Notes under the pieces: generated by a model
What the model saw: the letters and a program-made list of their open reading frames with translations, nothing else
Told to the model about the DNA's origin: nothing
Database searches by the model: none
Made by a program: the position numbers and the translations under genes
Shown here: positions 47,920 through 58,130 of the stretch, one piece after another
Layout of the letters: each line of letters opens with the position of its first letter
Position numbering within the stretch: the stretch's first letter is position 1
Origin: Betaproteobacteria bacterium
Lineage (GTDB): Bacteria; Pseudomonadota; Gammaproteobacteria; Burkholderiales; Casimicrobiaceae
Direction: 5' to 3'
Length of the DNA: 64,000 nt
Assembly (NCBI GenBank): GCA_013298765.1
Contig: JAAFJA010000007.1
Coordinates: 1 to 64,000, forward strand

Positions 47920-49842
47920 ATGAAGTTGAAAACGATCACATTTCTGAGCGCGCTTGCATGTTTTTTGCCGAGCGCGATGGCAAACGATGCCGCGGTGAAA
48001 GACGCATCTGAAGGCTTTCGATTAGGCGAAATGTCGCGCATCTCTGCTGCGCTGCCCAAGGTGCGCGGGCATGTGCTTGAGAACTACGTGGAATACTGGG
48101 CGCTTCGTTTGGCGATTGACGGCGCTCGCGCGGAGGAAATCGAATCGTTTCTGCAACGCCACAAATCAAGCGCTGTTGCCGATCGTTTGCGCGTTGATTG
48201 GCTAAAGCAGCTCGGAAAAAATGATCGCTGGGATGAATTCGTACGCGTGGGCGAAGGCTTCGAGACAGACGATGCAGAAGTCGGTTGTCACCGCGCAACG
48301 CTCGCGGCACGTCGCGGCGAAACGGGTGGCGCAATTCCTCCAGGAATATGGGCCGAGCGGCTCACCGAGGCGTGCGCGCAGGCGTTTTCTGCGCTGGCGG
48401 AGCGTGGTCGTCTATCGGTTGAAGAAACGGTTTTTCGTTTACGCTCCGCTGCCGATGGCGCAACGTTTCTTGCTGCACAACGCGTAGCCTCTGCGCTGCC
48501 CGAGAGTGCGCGGCCCAGCGAGGAATTGCTTCGACGTGCGTTTAGCACGCCCGAACAACAACTAAAGGCACCGCGTGTGAGTGGTCGTGCGCAACGCGAA
48601 GCCACGCTCTTCGCGCTCGCTCGCGCAGCGCGCACCGACCCCACGCGCGCGGCGGTGCTGTGGGATGCCAATCGCTCGCGCTTCAGCGACGATGAACAAC
48701 GCTTCGCTGCCGCAACCCTCGCGTATCGCTTCGCGCGCAGGCTCGAAACGGACGATGCGCTGCGTTGGTTTCGCCAAGCCGGTAGCGAGACAAATATGCC
48801 GCGTTTAGGGGATTGGCAAGTCGCGTGGATTGCACGCTCGGCGCTTCGCGAACTGGCGTGGTCCGACGTGTTGCGCGCGATTAACGCGATGAGCGCGTCT
48901 AGCAACGGCGGTCAGATGGACCCGACGTGGCGCTACTGGAAAGCGCGGTCACTTGCGGCACTAAATGATGCAAACGGCGCAACCAACCTTTACACGGAGC
49001 TTGCAAAGGAATTTCACTTTTACGGTTTGCTCGCGGCCGAGGAAATCAAAGCGCCGCTACCAAACCCAGAGTCGCTCAAAACCGGGACAGTCACACCGAC
49101 TGCTGAGCAGCTTGCGAAGTTTGAGCAGTCGCCTGCCGCTAAGCGCGTGTTGAAACTTTCCGAGCTCGGCCTTCGCGCCGACGCCGCGCGCGAGTGGTTC
49201 AGCGTGGTTCGCGAATTTGGCGATGCGGAATCACTCGTCGCTTCGGAATGGATGCGTCGCAAAGGGATTTGGGATCGCTCAATCAACACCGCTGAGCGCA
49301 CGCGTAGCGCACACGATTTCGGACTGCGTTTCCAAACACCGTACGACAAAGAGATTCGTAAAGCAGCCGCCTCGGTAAATCTGGATCTCTCGCTCACATT
49401 TGGTCTGATTCGGCAAGAGTCACGCTTCTGGGCCGAGGCGGTATCTTCAGCGGGGGCGCTAGGTTTGATGCAAGTAATGCCCGCTACGGGAAAATGGATT
49501 GCGCAGCAGCTCAGCATTCCAAATTACCGCCCTAGCATGCTGACCGACATTGATGTCAGCACCGGCTTTGGCACGTTCTATCTCAAGAATGCGCTTAACA
49601 ACCAAAACGGGAGCGAAGTGCTCGCTTCCGCTGCGTACAACGCAGGTGCGGGGCGCGCTCGTGCGTGGCGCCATGATCGGCGTGCGCTCGAAGGCGCGAT
49701 CTACGCCGAATCCATTCCGTTTAACGAAACGCGCGATTATGTGAAGAAAGTGCTGACCAACGCGGTTTGGTATGCACATTTAGGCGTAGGCGGCGAAACA
49801 AGTATCAAGAAACGCCTGGGTGTGATTCAGCCAAAAGGCTAG
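47920..49842 (+). CDS. slt: soluble lytic murein transglycosylase (Slt70-like)
   Basis: It has a signal peptide (MKLKTITFLSALACFLPSAMA), superhelical U/L domains, and the C-terminal lysozyme-like catalytic motif (ESRFWAEAVSSAGALGLMQVMPATG, AYNAG). Confidence 0.85.
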   Translation: MKLKTITFLSALACFLPSAMANDAAVKDASEGFRLGEMSRISAALPKVRGHVLENYVEYWALRLAIDGARAEEIESFLQRHKSSAVADRLRVDWLKQLGKNDRWDEFVRVGEGFETDDAEVGCHRATLAARRGETGGAIPPGIWAERLTEACAQAFSALAERGRLSVEETVFRLRSAADGATFLAAQRVASALPESARPSEELLRRAFSTPEQQLKAPRVSGRAQREATLFALARAARTDPTRAAVLWDANRSRFSDDEQRFAAATLAYRFARRLETDDALRWFRQAGSETNMPRLGDWQVAWIARSALRELAWSDVLRAINAMSASSNGGQMDPTWRYWKARSLAALNDANGATNLYTELAKEFHFYGLLAAEEIKAPLPNPESLKTGTVTPTAEQLAKFEQSPAAKRVLKLSELGLRADAAREWFSVVREFGDAESLVASEWMRRKGIWDRSINTAERTRSAHDFGLRFQTPYDKEIRKAAASVNLDLSLTFGLIRQESRFWAEAVSSAGALGLMQVMPATGKWIAQQLSIPNYRPSMLTDIDVSTGFGTFYLKNALNNQNGSEVLASAAYNAGAGRARAWRHDRRALEGAIYAESIPFNETRDYVKKVLTNAVWYAHLGVGGETSIKKRLGVIQPKG

Positions 49843-50038
49843 CGCGGCGCGCGAGCGAAATCGAATGCCCGATGACGGGTGGCCCAGCGCCTTGCGATCA
49901 GTGATGCGAGGAGAGATCGCCGATTTTCATTGCATCGCGAAATCCTGGCTAAGTCAAACGTAAAATAGCTTTTTAGTCTGCGTCTTTCGTGTTTTCGTCT
50001 CGCACTGATCGTGCGTTCGCTATCCGTCTTCTTTCAAA

Positions 50039-50983
50039 ATGAATCTCCTCATCCTCGGCGGCTCCGGCTTCGTCGGCACCGCGATCTGTAACAAGCTCGC
50101 CGCACTGAATCACAACGTTACGGTGATTACGCGCAAACGCGATAACGCGCGAGCGCTTTTCATGCTGCCTACGGTCACCGTCGTTGAAGGTGACGCGTTT
50201 GATCGTGCCACGCTTGTGCGCTACGCGAAGGGTAAGGATGCGCTCATCAACCTGGTGGGCATCCTCAATGAAAAGAAGCGTGGCGGTTTCAATCGCGCGC
50301 ATGTCGAGCTGACTGAGCTCGCGCTCGGTGCGTGTAAAGATGCAGGTGTTTCGCGCTATTTGCATATGAGCGCGCTGGGGGCGTCAGAAAAAGGCCCGAG
50401 CGAATATCTGAAGTCGAAAGCAAAGGCGGAAGCGGTCGTGCGCGCGAGCGGACTCGATGTGACGATTTTCGCGCCGAGCGTTGTGTTCGGGCGGGGTGAC
50501 TCGTTTCTTACCCGTTTCGCTAATTTGGTTGCGCTCACGCCGCCTTTTGCGCCGTTTGCTCTGCCGGGTTCAAGTGCGATGTTTCAGCCGGTGTGGGTGG
50601 AAGATGTCGCTAGCGCGTTCGTGGCTTCGCTAACGCTCAAATCGACGATTGGGCAGCGCTACGAATTGGTCGGTCCGCAGCGATACAGCTTGGGCGAGTT
50701 GGTGCGCTACGTGATGACGCTCAAAAATGATCGTCACATCATTATCGGTTTGCCTGGATTTGTGACGAGCCTGCTCGCGGGTGTGATGCAATTTGTTCCA
50801 ACGCAACCGCTCACGCCCGACAATGTGAAATCCATGTCGGTCGCGAATGTGAGCGATGCGCCGTTCCCAGCGTTTGCGGGAAAAGCGACACCGCTTGAAC
50901 AAATCGCGCCGAGCTACATCGGCACGTCAGCCGTGGTTGATACACACGCCGACGCGCGCCGCAAGGCAGGGGATCGGCAATAG
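50039..50983 (+). CDS. NAD(P)H-binding short-chain dehydrogenase/reductase (SDR)-family protein (complex I NDUFA9-like / NmrA-like)
   Basis: 314 aa with a Rossmann motif (MNLLILGGSGFVGTAIC) and Y-x3-K (YLKSKAKAE). Confidence 0.8.
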   Translation: MNLLILGGSGFVGTAICNKLAALNHNVTVITRKRDNARALFMLPTVTVVEGDAFDRATLVRYAKGKDALINLVGILNEKKRGGFNRAHVELTELALGACKDAGVSRYLHMSALGASEKGPSEYLKSKAKAEAVVRASGLDVTIFAPSVVFGRGDSFLTRFANLVALTPPFAPFALPGSSAMFQPVWVEDVASAFVASLTLKSTIGQRYELVGPQRYSLGELVRYVMTLKNDRHIIIGLPGFVTSLLAGVMQFVPTQPLTPDNVKSMSVANVSDAPFPAFAGKATPLEQIAPSYIGTSAVVDTHADARRKAGDRQ

Positions 50984-51110
50984 CATTAATCGGTAACCCG
51001 TTGTTTAATTTGGGCTAGCTTTACGTTGCGCGCAGTAGCTAGTTGCCAGAAAAATGCAAGCTATCCCCAATCAATTAGTCTTTTCTCAGAAATTGCGGAA
51101 TCACAACACC

Positions 51111-52055
51111 ATGCTCGATCCTGATCTAAAAAAGTATTTCGACGAGCTGGCGCTGATGTTTCCTCCGCTTCCGCTGGATCCGACGCCGCTTGTGCGTCGG
51201 TCACGCTACTGGACGCTTTGTGCTATCGGCCGCACGGCGATTCCTTCGAGCGTCACGATGAATGACATTGAGTTAGCGCTGCCGCTCGGCGCTACTCGCG
51301 TGCGCTTGTTTTACGGGCACGACGGCCGTGATGAACCGGTTCCTACGATTATTTACTTCCACGGCGGCGGCTGGGTGGTGGGCGATGTTGAAACTCACAC
51401 GGTCACCTGTGCGCGCATGGCGCATGAGGCGAATGCCTTGGTCGTCTCGGTTGACTATCCGCTTGCACCTGAGGCTGATTGGAAGACGATCACACAAGTT
51501 TGTTTTGATGCGGCACGCGCTATTGCCTCGGATCGCGACGCGCAGCAGCCTGGCACACCTATCGCACTGGTCGGCGACAGCGCGGGCGCGCATTTGGCAG
51601 CAGTCACCTCAATCCGAGCGCGCGACGAGAATGCGTTTCACATCGCGCTGCAGGGGCTTATCTATCCCTGCATTTCGCCCGACACTGACACACCGAGCTA
51701 CAACGAATTTGAAGCAGGCCCCGGTCTCACACGCGCCGATATGCAATGGTATTGGCGGCACTTCGCAGGCCAAGATGCATCACTTTCTGATGCGCGGATT
51801 TCTCCTGCTCGCGCGCGATCGTTGACCGGGCTGCCGCCCGCTTACGTGACCACCGCCGGGCGCGATCCGCTGCGCGACGAGGGGCGTGGCTACGTGCTTG
51901 CGATGCGCGAGCACGGCATTGATGTCGCGCATGATGAGTTCGATTCACTGCCGCACGGATTTCTCAGAATGGCGAAATACAGTGAAGCAGTGAATGCTGC
52001 CGTGTCGCGGATCAATACCCGCATCGGTGAATTGCTGCGCGCATCCGCCTCGTAA
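51111..52055 (+). CDS. alpha/beta-hydrolase fold esterase/lipase (HSL family)
   Basis: It has the HGGGW oxyanion motif (IIYFHGGGWVVGD) and the nucleophile elbow GDSAGAHLA. An alternative ATG lies at 51054. Confidence 0.8.
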   Translation: MLDPDLKKYFDELALMFPPLPLDPTPLVRRSRYWTLCAIGRTAIPSSVTMNDIELALPLGATRVRLFYGHDGRDEPVPTIIYFHGGGWVVGDVETHTVTCARMAHEANALVVSVDYPLAPEADWKTITQVCFDAARAIASDRDAQQPGTPIALVGDSAGAHLAAVTSIRARDENAFHIALQGLIYPCISPDTDTPSYNEFEAGPGLTRADMQWYWRHFAGQDASLSDARISPARARSLTGLPPAYVTTAGRDPLRDEGRGYVLAMREHGIDVAHDEFDSLPHGFLRMAKYSEAVNAAVSRINTRIGELLRASAS

Positions 52056-52070
52056 CACTGAAGCGGCGCG

Positions 52071-52830
52071 CGTGAGCTTTCAAATCATTACTGATCCGTG
52101 GTTTTATGTGTTCGCGATTCCCGCGATATTGATCACAGGCATCTCGAAAGCGGGCTTCGGCTCGGGCTCGGGCGGAATCGCCGTACCGATGATGAGCCAA
52201 GTGGTTGCCCCCAGCGCGGCTGCTGGCATCACGTTGCCGATATTGATCGTGATGGATATTCTGGGTATCCGCGCCTATCGAGGTAAGTGGAGTGTGGCTG
52301 CACTTAAGCCCATGATCGCGCCCGCCGTTCTTGGCATCGTGATTGGTGGGCTCATGTTTGGCGTGCTCTCCGTGAAGGCGACCAAAGCGCTCTTGGGCGC
52401 AATCGCTGTCTCCTTCGCGCTCTATCAGTTCCTGCCGGTGCTGCGAGATTTGAAATCGTGGCTGCCCGCTCCTATGCGGCCCTGGATTTGGTGCACGCTA
52501 TCGGGCTTTACCTCTACGCTCGCGCACGCGGGCGGGCCACCCTGCACAATCTATTTGTGGCCGAAAAATCTTGATCGTGTCACCTTCGTAGCGACCACGG
52601 TCGTGTTTTTCACCATCGTGAATCTGGTGAAACTCGTGCCCTACGCGATCCTCGGTCAGCTCAACTTCGCAAATCTTGCCACGGCGTTAGTGCTGATGCC
52701 GCTCGCGCCGCTGGGCGTCTGGATCGGTGTGCGTATCAATCGTTGGCTGAGCGAAGCTGCGTTCAAAAATACCATGCTCGCGCTCACGTTTGTCTTCGGA
52801 TGCAGACTGCTATTTGAGGGATTGCGATGA
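52071..52830 (+). CDS. sulfite-exporter TauE/SafE (DUF81) family membrane protein
   Basis: A GTG start is inferred at VSFQIITDPWFY. It has 7-8 TM helices and glycine-rich motifs (GISKAGFGSGSGGIAVP). Confidence 0.7.
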
Positions 52831-55157
52831 AAGATTCGCTTAGCTCGCTCACACTTGTCGCCGTGGATTGCGCGTACCCCGCGCTTGCTGCGAAGGCGCT
52901 CCAGCGATCTGCTGCGCTCTTGCCAAGTGCACGCGTATTGCTCTTGTCAGATTGCGGCGAAGTGTTTCCGGACGTTGAGACCGTTGCCATTGCGCCAATT
53001 AAATCGCGCTCGGCGTACTCGCGCTTCATGCTTAAAGAGCTCGCGGATTACATCGATACCGATTTCGCGCTGGTTGTGCAGTGGGACGGTTTTGTGATCC
53101 ACGACAACGCGTTTGCCAAAGAGTTTTGGAACTACGATTACATCGGCGCAAAGTGGCCCCACAAGGAAGGCGATTTCCGCGTCGGCAACGGCGGCTTCTC
53201 ACTGCGCTCGAAGCGCTTGCTAGAGGCGCTTCGCGATCACGCTATTGAGTTTCTGGAAGACGAGAACGAAGACGAAAGTATCTGTATTCGTTATCGGGAT
53301 CAACTGGAAACCCAGTACGGAATCGTTTTTGCTGATGAACGTGTTGCGGATCGATTTGCGTTCGATGTTTCACGCCCGATTGGCCGCACGCTTGGCTTTC
53401 ATGGCGTGTTTAATTTCTGGCAGGCGCTTTCAGCCGATGAGTTAGTGGAGTTCGCGCGCACTGCTCCGGAGGCAATTGCGGAAGGGCTCGGGTTCGGTTC
53501 GCTCACTAAAAATCTAGTCGATCTGAAGCGAAATGAGGTGGCGAGCGAATTCGTTACTCGTCGGCTTGCTTCGGTGCCTGGTGATCCGGCCGCGCTCGCG
53601 CTTCGTGCTCGTCTCGCCGATGCGCTTCGTGTTAATGCCTCATCTGCGTCTACACAGCCCGCTCCAAGCGATGTGGGGGTCAAGCCGCCGGCTTCACGAA
53701 ACGATCCGTGCCCGTGTGGCAGCGGGAAGCGCTACAAGGAATGTCATGGCGCGATTGCAGCGGCTACAACCGCTCAGAGCGTGAAAATTGATGAAGAAAG
53801 CGTGATTGCCGAGGCGCTCCGGCTTCATGAGCAAGGCCAGATTCAAGCAGCGGTTGAACGGTACAGCCGCGTGCTCCAGCAATCGCCTGAAAATCCGACG
53901 GCCCTGCACTTTATCGGGCTTGCGCAGTACCAGGCAGGTCAGCCCAGTGATGCGATGGAAGCGATGTGGCGCTCATTGCTTCTCGCACCAAACGAACCCG
54001 AGTTCCTTAGTAACTTCAGCGCTGCGGCGTGGAGCGCGGGTCGCTACGATGAAGGCAAGTGGGCTGCCGAGCGCGCAATCGAGTTGCAAGCTGATCATCC
54101 TGGCGCCCTCAATAACTTGGGCTTTAACTTGCGCGCGCTCAATCGGATTGACGAATCCATCACAGTCTTTGATCGTGCGCTTGAGCTACACCCGCAGTTC
54201 GATTACGCGCGCTGGAACCGCATGTTTTCGTTGCTCGCAAAGGGTAACTACTCGCAAGGATTTGCTGATAACGAACTGCGCTTGCAGTTTCCACAAACGC
54301 AGCCCACCGGGAGAATTCCCGCAAACACGTCGCTGTGGCGTGGCGAGGCTGCAACAGGCAAGTCGATCGTGATTCTGTGCGAGCAAGGGCTGGGCGACAC
54401 GTTCATGTTTGCGCGGTTTGTTCCGCTCGTCATTGAGCGTGGGTTGCGCGTAACACTCGTGGTTCAGCGCTCTCAAGTGGCGCTGATGCAGCAGTCGTTT
54501 CCGCATGCGCGCGTGCTCTCCGTGGGTGAACACGAGGCGCTCAGCTTTGATTTTTGGACGCCGTTGTGGTCGCTCACCTCCGCGCTCAACATTACGCTTG
54601 AGAATCTCCCCACGCCTGAGCGTTTTTTGCAAACTAACGTGGCTGATGTCGCTCGTTGGGAAGCGCGTCTGTCGCGAGTCTCCGCGACAAATGCTGGAAG
54701 GCCGCTTCGAATCGGTTTGGTTTGGCAAGGTCAAATGGCTGGTGCCGATAGCCAAATGGCGGAGCGTTCAATCGCGCCGCGTCTGGTGAAGCGTTTCGTG
54801 GAATCGCACCCTGAACATGTGTGGGTTTCTCTTCAGCATGGCGCTGCACCGCTCGGCGCGAGTAACCTGAACGATTGGACGAGTGAGACAGTTGAATTCA
54901 CGCAGATGGCGGCGTTAATCGACGCGCTCGACATCGTGCTCACGATTGACACGGGTGCCGCACATCTCGCCGCTGCACTCGGCGCGAAAACCTGGGTCAT
55001 GCTGCGCCATGCAGGCGATTGGCGCTACGGCACCGAAGCCGCGAATGGCGAGCTCTGCCCGTGGTCACCGACCATGCGGCTATTCAGACAGGACGAATCG
55101 CGGCGTTGGGAGCCTGTGTTCGCACATATCGCGGACGCGCTTCGTGAAGCGGGGTAG
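52827..55157 (+). CDS. multidomain protein: N-terminal unknown domain + SEC-C zinc motif + TPR repeats + C-terminal glycosyltransferase family 9 (heptosyltransferase-like) domain
   Basis: 776 aa. The SEC-C motif is DPCPCGSGKRYKECHG, with TPR-like helical repeats after it. The C-terminal region (GLGDTFMFARFVPLV...TGAAHLAAALG) is GT9-like. Confidence 0.7.
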   Translation: MKDSLSSLTLVAVDCAYPALAAKALQRSAALLPSARVLLLSDCGEVFPDVETVAIAPIKSRSAYSRFMLKELADYIDTDFALVVQWDGFVIHDNAFAKEFWNYDYIGAKWPHKEGDFRVGNGGFSLRSKRLLEALRDHAIEFLEDENEDESICIRYRDQLETQYGIVFADERVADRFAFDVSRPIGRTLGFHGVFNFWQALSADELVEFARTAPEAIAEGLGFGSLTKNLVDLKRNEVASEFVTRRLASVPGDPAALALRARLADALRVNASSASTQPAPSDVGVKPPASRNDPCPCGSGKRYKECHGAIAAATTAQSVKIDEESVIAEALRLHEQGQIQAAVERYSRVLQQSPENPTALHFIGLAQYQAGQPSDAMEAMWRSLLLAPNEPEFLSNFSAAAWSAGRYDEGKWAAERAIELQADHPGALNNLGFNLRALNRIDESITVFDRALELHPQFDYARWNRMFSLLAKGNYSQGFADNELRLQFPQTQPTGRIPANTSLWRGEAATGKSIVILCEQGLGDTFMFARFVPLVIERGLRVTLVVQRSQVALMQQSFPHARVLSVGEHEALSFDFWTPLWSLTSALNITLENLPTPERFLQTNVADVARWEARLSRVSATNAGRPLRIGLVWQGQMAGADSQMAERSIAPRLVKRFVESHPEHVWVSLQHGAAPLGASNLNDWTSETVEFTQMAALIDALDIVLTIDTGAAHLAAALGAKTWVMLRHAGDWRYGTEAANGELCPWSPTMRLFRQDESRRWEPVFAHIADALREAG

Positions 55158-55255
55158 GGTGCGATCCTATCGCACCCAAATTGATACTAGCCAACGTAGA
55201 TTGAGGAAATGCGGTCGCGCGGATCGTCACGAGGTGCGATGGGATCGCACCCTAC
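55157..55255. mobile_element. MITE-like element (copy 2, inverted relative to copy 1)
   Basis: It has the termini TAGGGTGCGATCCTATCGCACCC ... GGTGCGATGGGATCGCACCCTAC. The internal core is the reverse complement of the 10607-10668 core, at about 80% identity. Confidence 0.65.
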
Positions 55256-55277
55256 ACACTGCCTGCTCGGCAACGCG

Positions 55278-56375
55278 CTACACGTTGAACAAAAAGTTCA
55301 ACACGTCGCCATCATGCACGACGTACTCTTTGCCTTCCGCGCGCATCTTGCCCGCTTCCTTCGCACCGGCTTCGCCCTTGAGTTTCACGTAGTCGTCGAA
55401 CGCAATTGTTTGCGCGCGAATGAAACCCTTCTCGAAATCGGTGTGGATCACGCCAGCGGCTTGCGGTGCGGTGTCGCCTTTGTGGATCGTCCACGCGCGT
55501 ACTTCTTTCTCGCCCGCAGTGAAATAGGTTTGTAGCCCAAGCAAATCGTAGCCCGCGCGAATCACGCGATTGAGCCCTGGCTCTTCAAGGCCCAAGTCTT
55601 TCAAGAATTCCATCTTGTCGGCGTCATCCATGTCGCCGATCTCGGCTTCAATGTTGGCGCACACCGCGACGACCGGCGCTTTCTCGCTCTTCGCGTGCGC
55701 GAGCACAGCTTGATAGTGAGCGTTGCCTTCGAGATTGTTCGCGTCCGCCACGTTCGCAACATACATCGTGGGCTTCGAAGTAATCAGTGTGAGCTGCTTC
55801 ACCACCACTTTTTCTTCTTCGTAGAAATCGAGCGTGCGAACGGCCTTGCCCTCGTTCAATACTTTTTGGCACTTCTCAAGCACGCCCATCATGCGCTGGG
55901 CTTCTTTATCGCCGCCCGCTCGGGCGAGTTTGCTGTACTTGAGGATCGCTTTTTCGACCGTTGCCAAATCAGCCAACGCGAGTTCAGTGTTGATGATTTC
56001 AATATCGTCGACGGGTGAAACTTTGCCGGAGACATGAATCACGTTGTCATCTTCGAAGCAACGCACCACATGCGCAGTGGCATCACACATACGAATGTTG
56101 GCGAGAAATTGATTGCCCAATCCTTCGCCTTTTGATGCGCCTTTCACAAGCCCCGCGATATCAACGAATTCAACGGTCGCTGGAATGATCTTTTGCGGCT
56201 TCACAATGGCCGCGAGTTGCTGCAAGCGGGTGTCGGGCACTTCGACGATGCCGGTGTTGGGCTCAATCGTGCAAAACGGATAGTTTTCCGCTGCGATTCC
56301 CGCTTTCGTGAGCGCGTTGAAAAGCGTCGATTTGCCGACGTTCGGAAGGCCGACGATGCCACATTGGACTGCCAT
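55278..56375 (-). CDS. ychF: redox-regulated ribosome-binding ATPase YchF (Obg family)
   Basis: 365 aa. The N-terminus [40 protein letters not shown] is near-identical to that of E. coli YchF. Confidence 0.95.
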   Translation of the reverse strand: MAVQCGIVGLPNVGKSTLFNALTKAGIAAENYPFCTIEPNTGIVEVPDTRLQQLAAIVKPQKIIPATVEFVDIAGLVKGASKGEGLGNQFLANIRMCDATAHVVRCFEDDNVIHVSGKVSPVDDIEIINTELALADLATVEKAILKYSKLARAGGDKEAQRMMGVLEKCQKVLNEGKAVRTLDFYEEEKVVVKQLTLITSKPTMYVANVADANNLEGNAHYQAVLAHAKSEKAPVVAVCANIEAEIGDMDDADKMEFLKDLGLEEPGLNRVIRAGYDLLGLQTYFTAGEKEVRAWTIHKGDTAPQAAGVIHTDFEKGFIRAQTIAFDDYVKLKGEAGAKEAGKMRAEGKEYVVHDGDVLNFLFNV

Positions 56376-56567
56376 GTTGTTCTTCTGTGTAAGGGTTGAT
56401 TTGCCTTAATTGTAGGCGGCTCGTGCGTCGCTGTAGGCGCGCACTTGGGCGCGCTTGCGGCATGGGCGGTATGTCAGCGCCGGGAAGCGCGGCCAAGTCC
56501 GCGCCTACAATCCGATCGTCTAGCGCCGAATGCGCGTTTGTCATGGGGCATTCGTCCTGCGAAGCAA

Positions 56568-57137
56568 ATGAATATCCTGTATCTACACGGTTTTCGCTCG
56601 TCGCCGCAATCGATGAAGGCGCGATTAATGGCCGCGCATTTCGCGACGACGGAGCACCGTTTCATTTGCCCGCAACTACCCGCGAGCCCCGCCGCGGCAA
56701 TCGAACTCGCGAGTGACTTCATCGAAGATCGAGGCGATCCCCAAAAGGATTGGGCGTTAATCGGCTCATCGCTCGGTGGCTTCTACGCCGCTTTCTTGGC
56801 GGAAAAATATGGCAGCCGCGCGGCACTACTCAATCCGGCCGTGTTCCCCGCCGACGATCTCGCGGGCTATGTGGGCGAACTCACGATGTATCACTCGAAC
56901 GATCCATTCGAATGGAAAGCAAACTATTTGCACGAACTCGAATCGTTACGCGTCGCACAAATTACGAAGCCCGAACGCTACTTTTTGCTCGCCGCCACTG
57001 GCGACGAAGTGCTCGATTGGCAAATGATGCGCGATCACTACGCGGGCGCGGAGCAGGTGATCATTCAGGGCAGCGATCATGCGATTAGTGAGTTTGAGCG
57101 ATACATTACTCGAGTGGCGGCTTTTTGCATCGTGTGA
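56568..57137 (+). CDS. YqiA-family esterase (UPF0227, alpha/beta hydrolase)
   Basis: The N-terminus is MNILYLHGFRSSPQS and the nucleophile motif is GSSLGG. It is about 189 aa. Confidence 0.75.
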   Translation: MNILYLHGFRSSPQSMKARLMAAHFATTEHRFICPQLPASPAAAIELASDFIEDRGDPQKDWALIGSSLGGFYAAFLAEKYGSRAALLNPAVFPADDLAGYVGELTMYHSNDPFEWKANYLHELESLRVAQITKPERYFLLAATGDEVLDWQMMRDHYAGAEQVIIQGSDHAISEFERYITRVAAFCIV

Positions 57138-57948
57138 TTCGTGGCAGACCCGCCAAATCGTGAATCATTTCAACATCGGCGAATCCCGCTTCACGAAATA
57201 GCGCTGGCACCGATTCGCCTTGATCGTAGCCGTGTTCAACAATCAGCACACCGCCTTCGCGTAAGCGCGCTTTCGCACCGCTTAAAAGTTCGCGATAACT
57301 CTCTAACCCATCAACGCGATCACGCAGCGCGAGCCACGGTTCGAAACGCAGATCGCCTTTGAACAAATGCGGATCGTTCGGAGGGATGTAGGGCGGATTG
57401 CTCACAATCACGTCGAAGGTTCGATTCGAATCGATTGCTGAAAACCAATCGCTTTCGATGAATTCGACGTTGGTTGCTCCGAGCGCGTTCGCGTTTTCGC
57501 GCGCGAGAGTGAGCGCATCGCGCGAGAGGTCGCACGCGGTCACGCGAGCGTTGTCAATTTCGAGCGCGAGCGTAATGGCGATACACCCCGTACCAGTGCC
57601 GACGTCGAGGATGCTTGGCTCTCTGTCTTCCCCGAGCAAGCGAGGATCGTCGCGCAACAAATCGATGAGCAACTCTGTTTCTGGTCGCGGAATCAACGCG
57701 GCGGGCGTGCACTTGAAGTTGCGACCATAAAACTCGCGCACGCCAAGGATGTAGGCGATCGGCTCGCCTGCGGTGCGGCGTGCAGCAGCAATTCGCAGAT
57801 GATTTTCTTCAGTCGGCGTGAGCTCGTAATCGTCGTGCGCCGCGAGCCATGCTGCGTTTTGTGCGAGCACGTGCGAAAGCAACAAGCGGAGCTCCGCGCG
57901 AGGTAGGGAATCGGAAACCAGCTGGGCGATGGATTGGCGAATGTTCAA
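57106..57948 (-). CDS. prmC: release factor glutamine N5-methyltransferase
   Basis: 280 aa with the NPPY motif (VSNPPYIP) and the SAM motif (ILDVGTGTGCIAI). Confidence 0.9.
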   Translation of the reverse strand: MNIRQSIAQLVSDSLPRAELRLLLSHVLAQNAAWLAAHDDYELTPTEENHLRIAAARRTAGEPIAYILGVREFYGRNFKCTPAALIPRPETELLIDLLRDDPRLLGEDREPSILDVGTGTGCIAITLALEIDNARVTACDLSRDALTLARENANALGATNVEFIESDWFSAIDSNRTFDVIVSNPPYIPPNDPHLFKGDLRFEPWLALRDRVDGLESYRELLSGAKARLREGGVLIVEHGYDQGESVPALFREAGFADVEMIHDLAGLPRITRCKKPPLE

Positions 57949-58130
57949 CGCGACACGCAGCGACTTTCACGCGTTAATGGCAAAGCACAGAAGTATTTAT
58001 CTGTATATCGAACAATATGACGGGGCTAACGGGCTGAAAATTGATAACACAGTAACAAATGCAATTCGCGCCTAGCCCCATATTTATTGGGACTTTGTTG
58101 ACGAAGTCATAACTGTGTGTGGTCACACAT

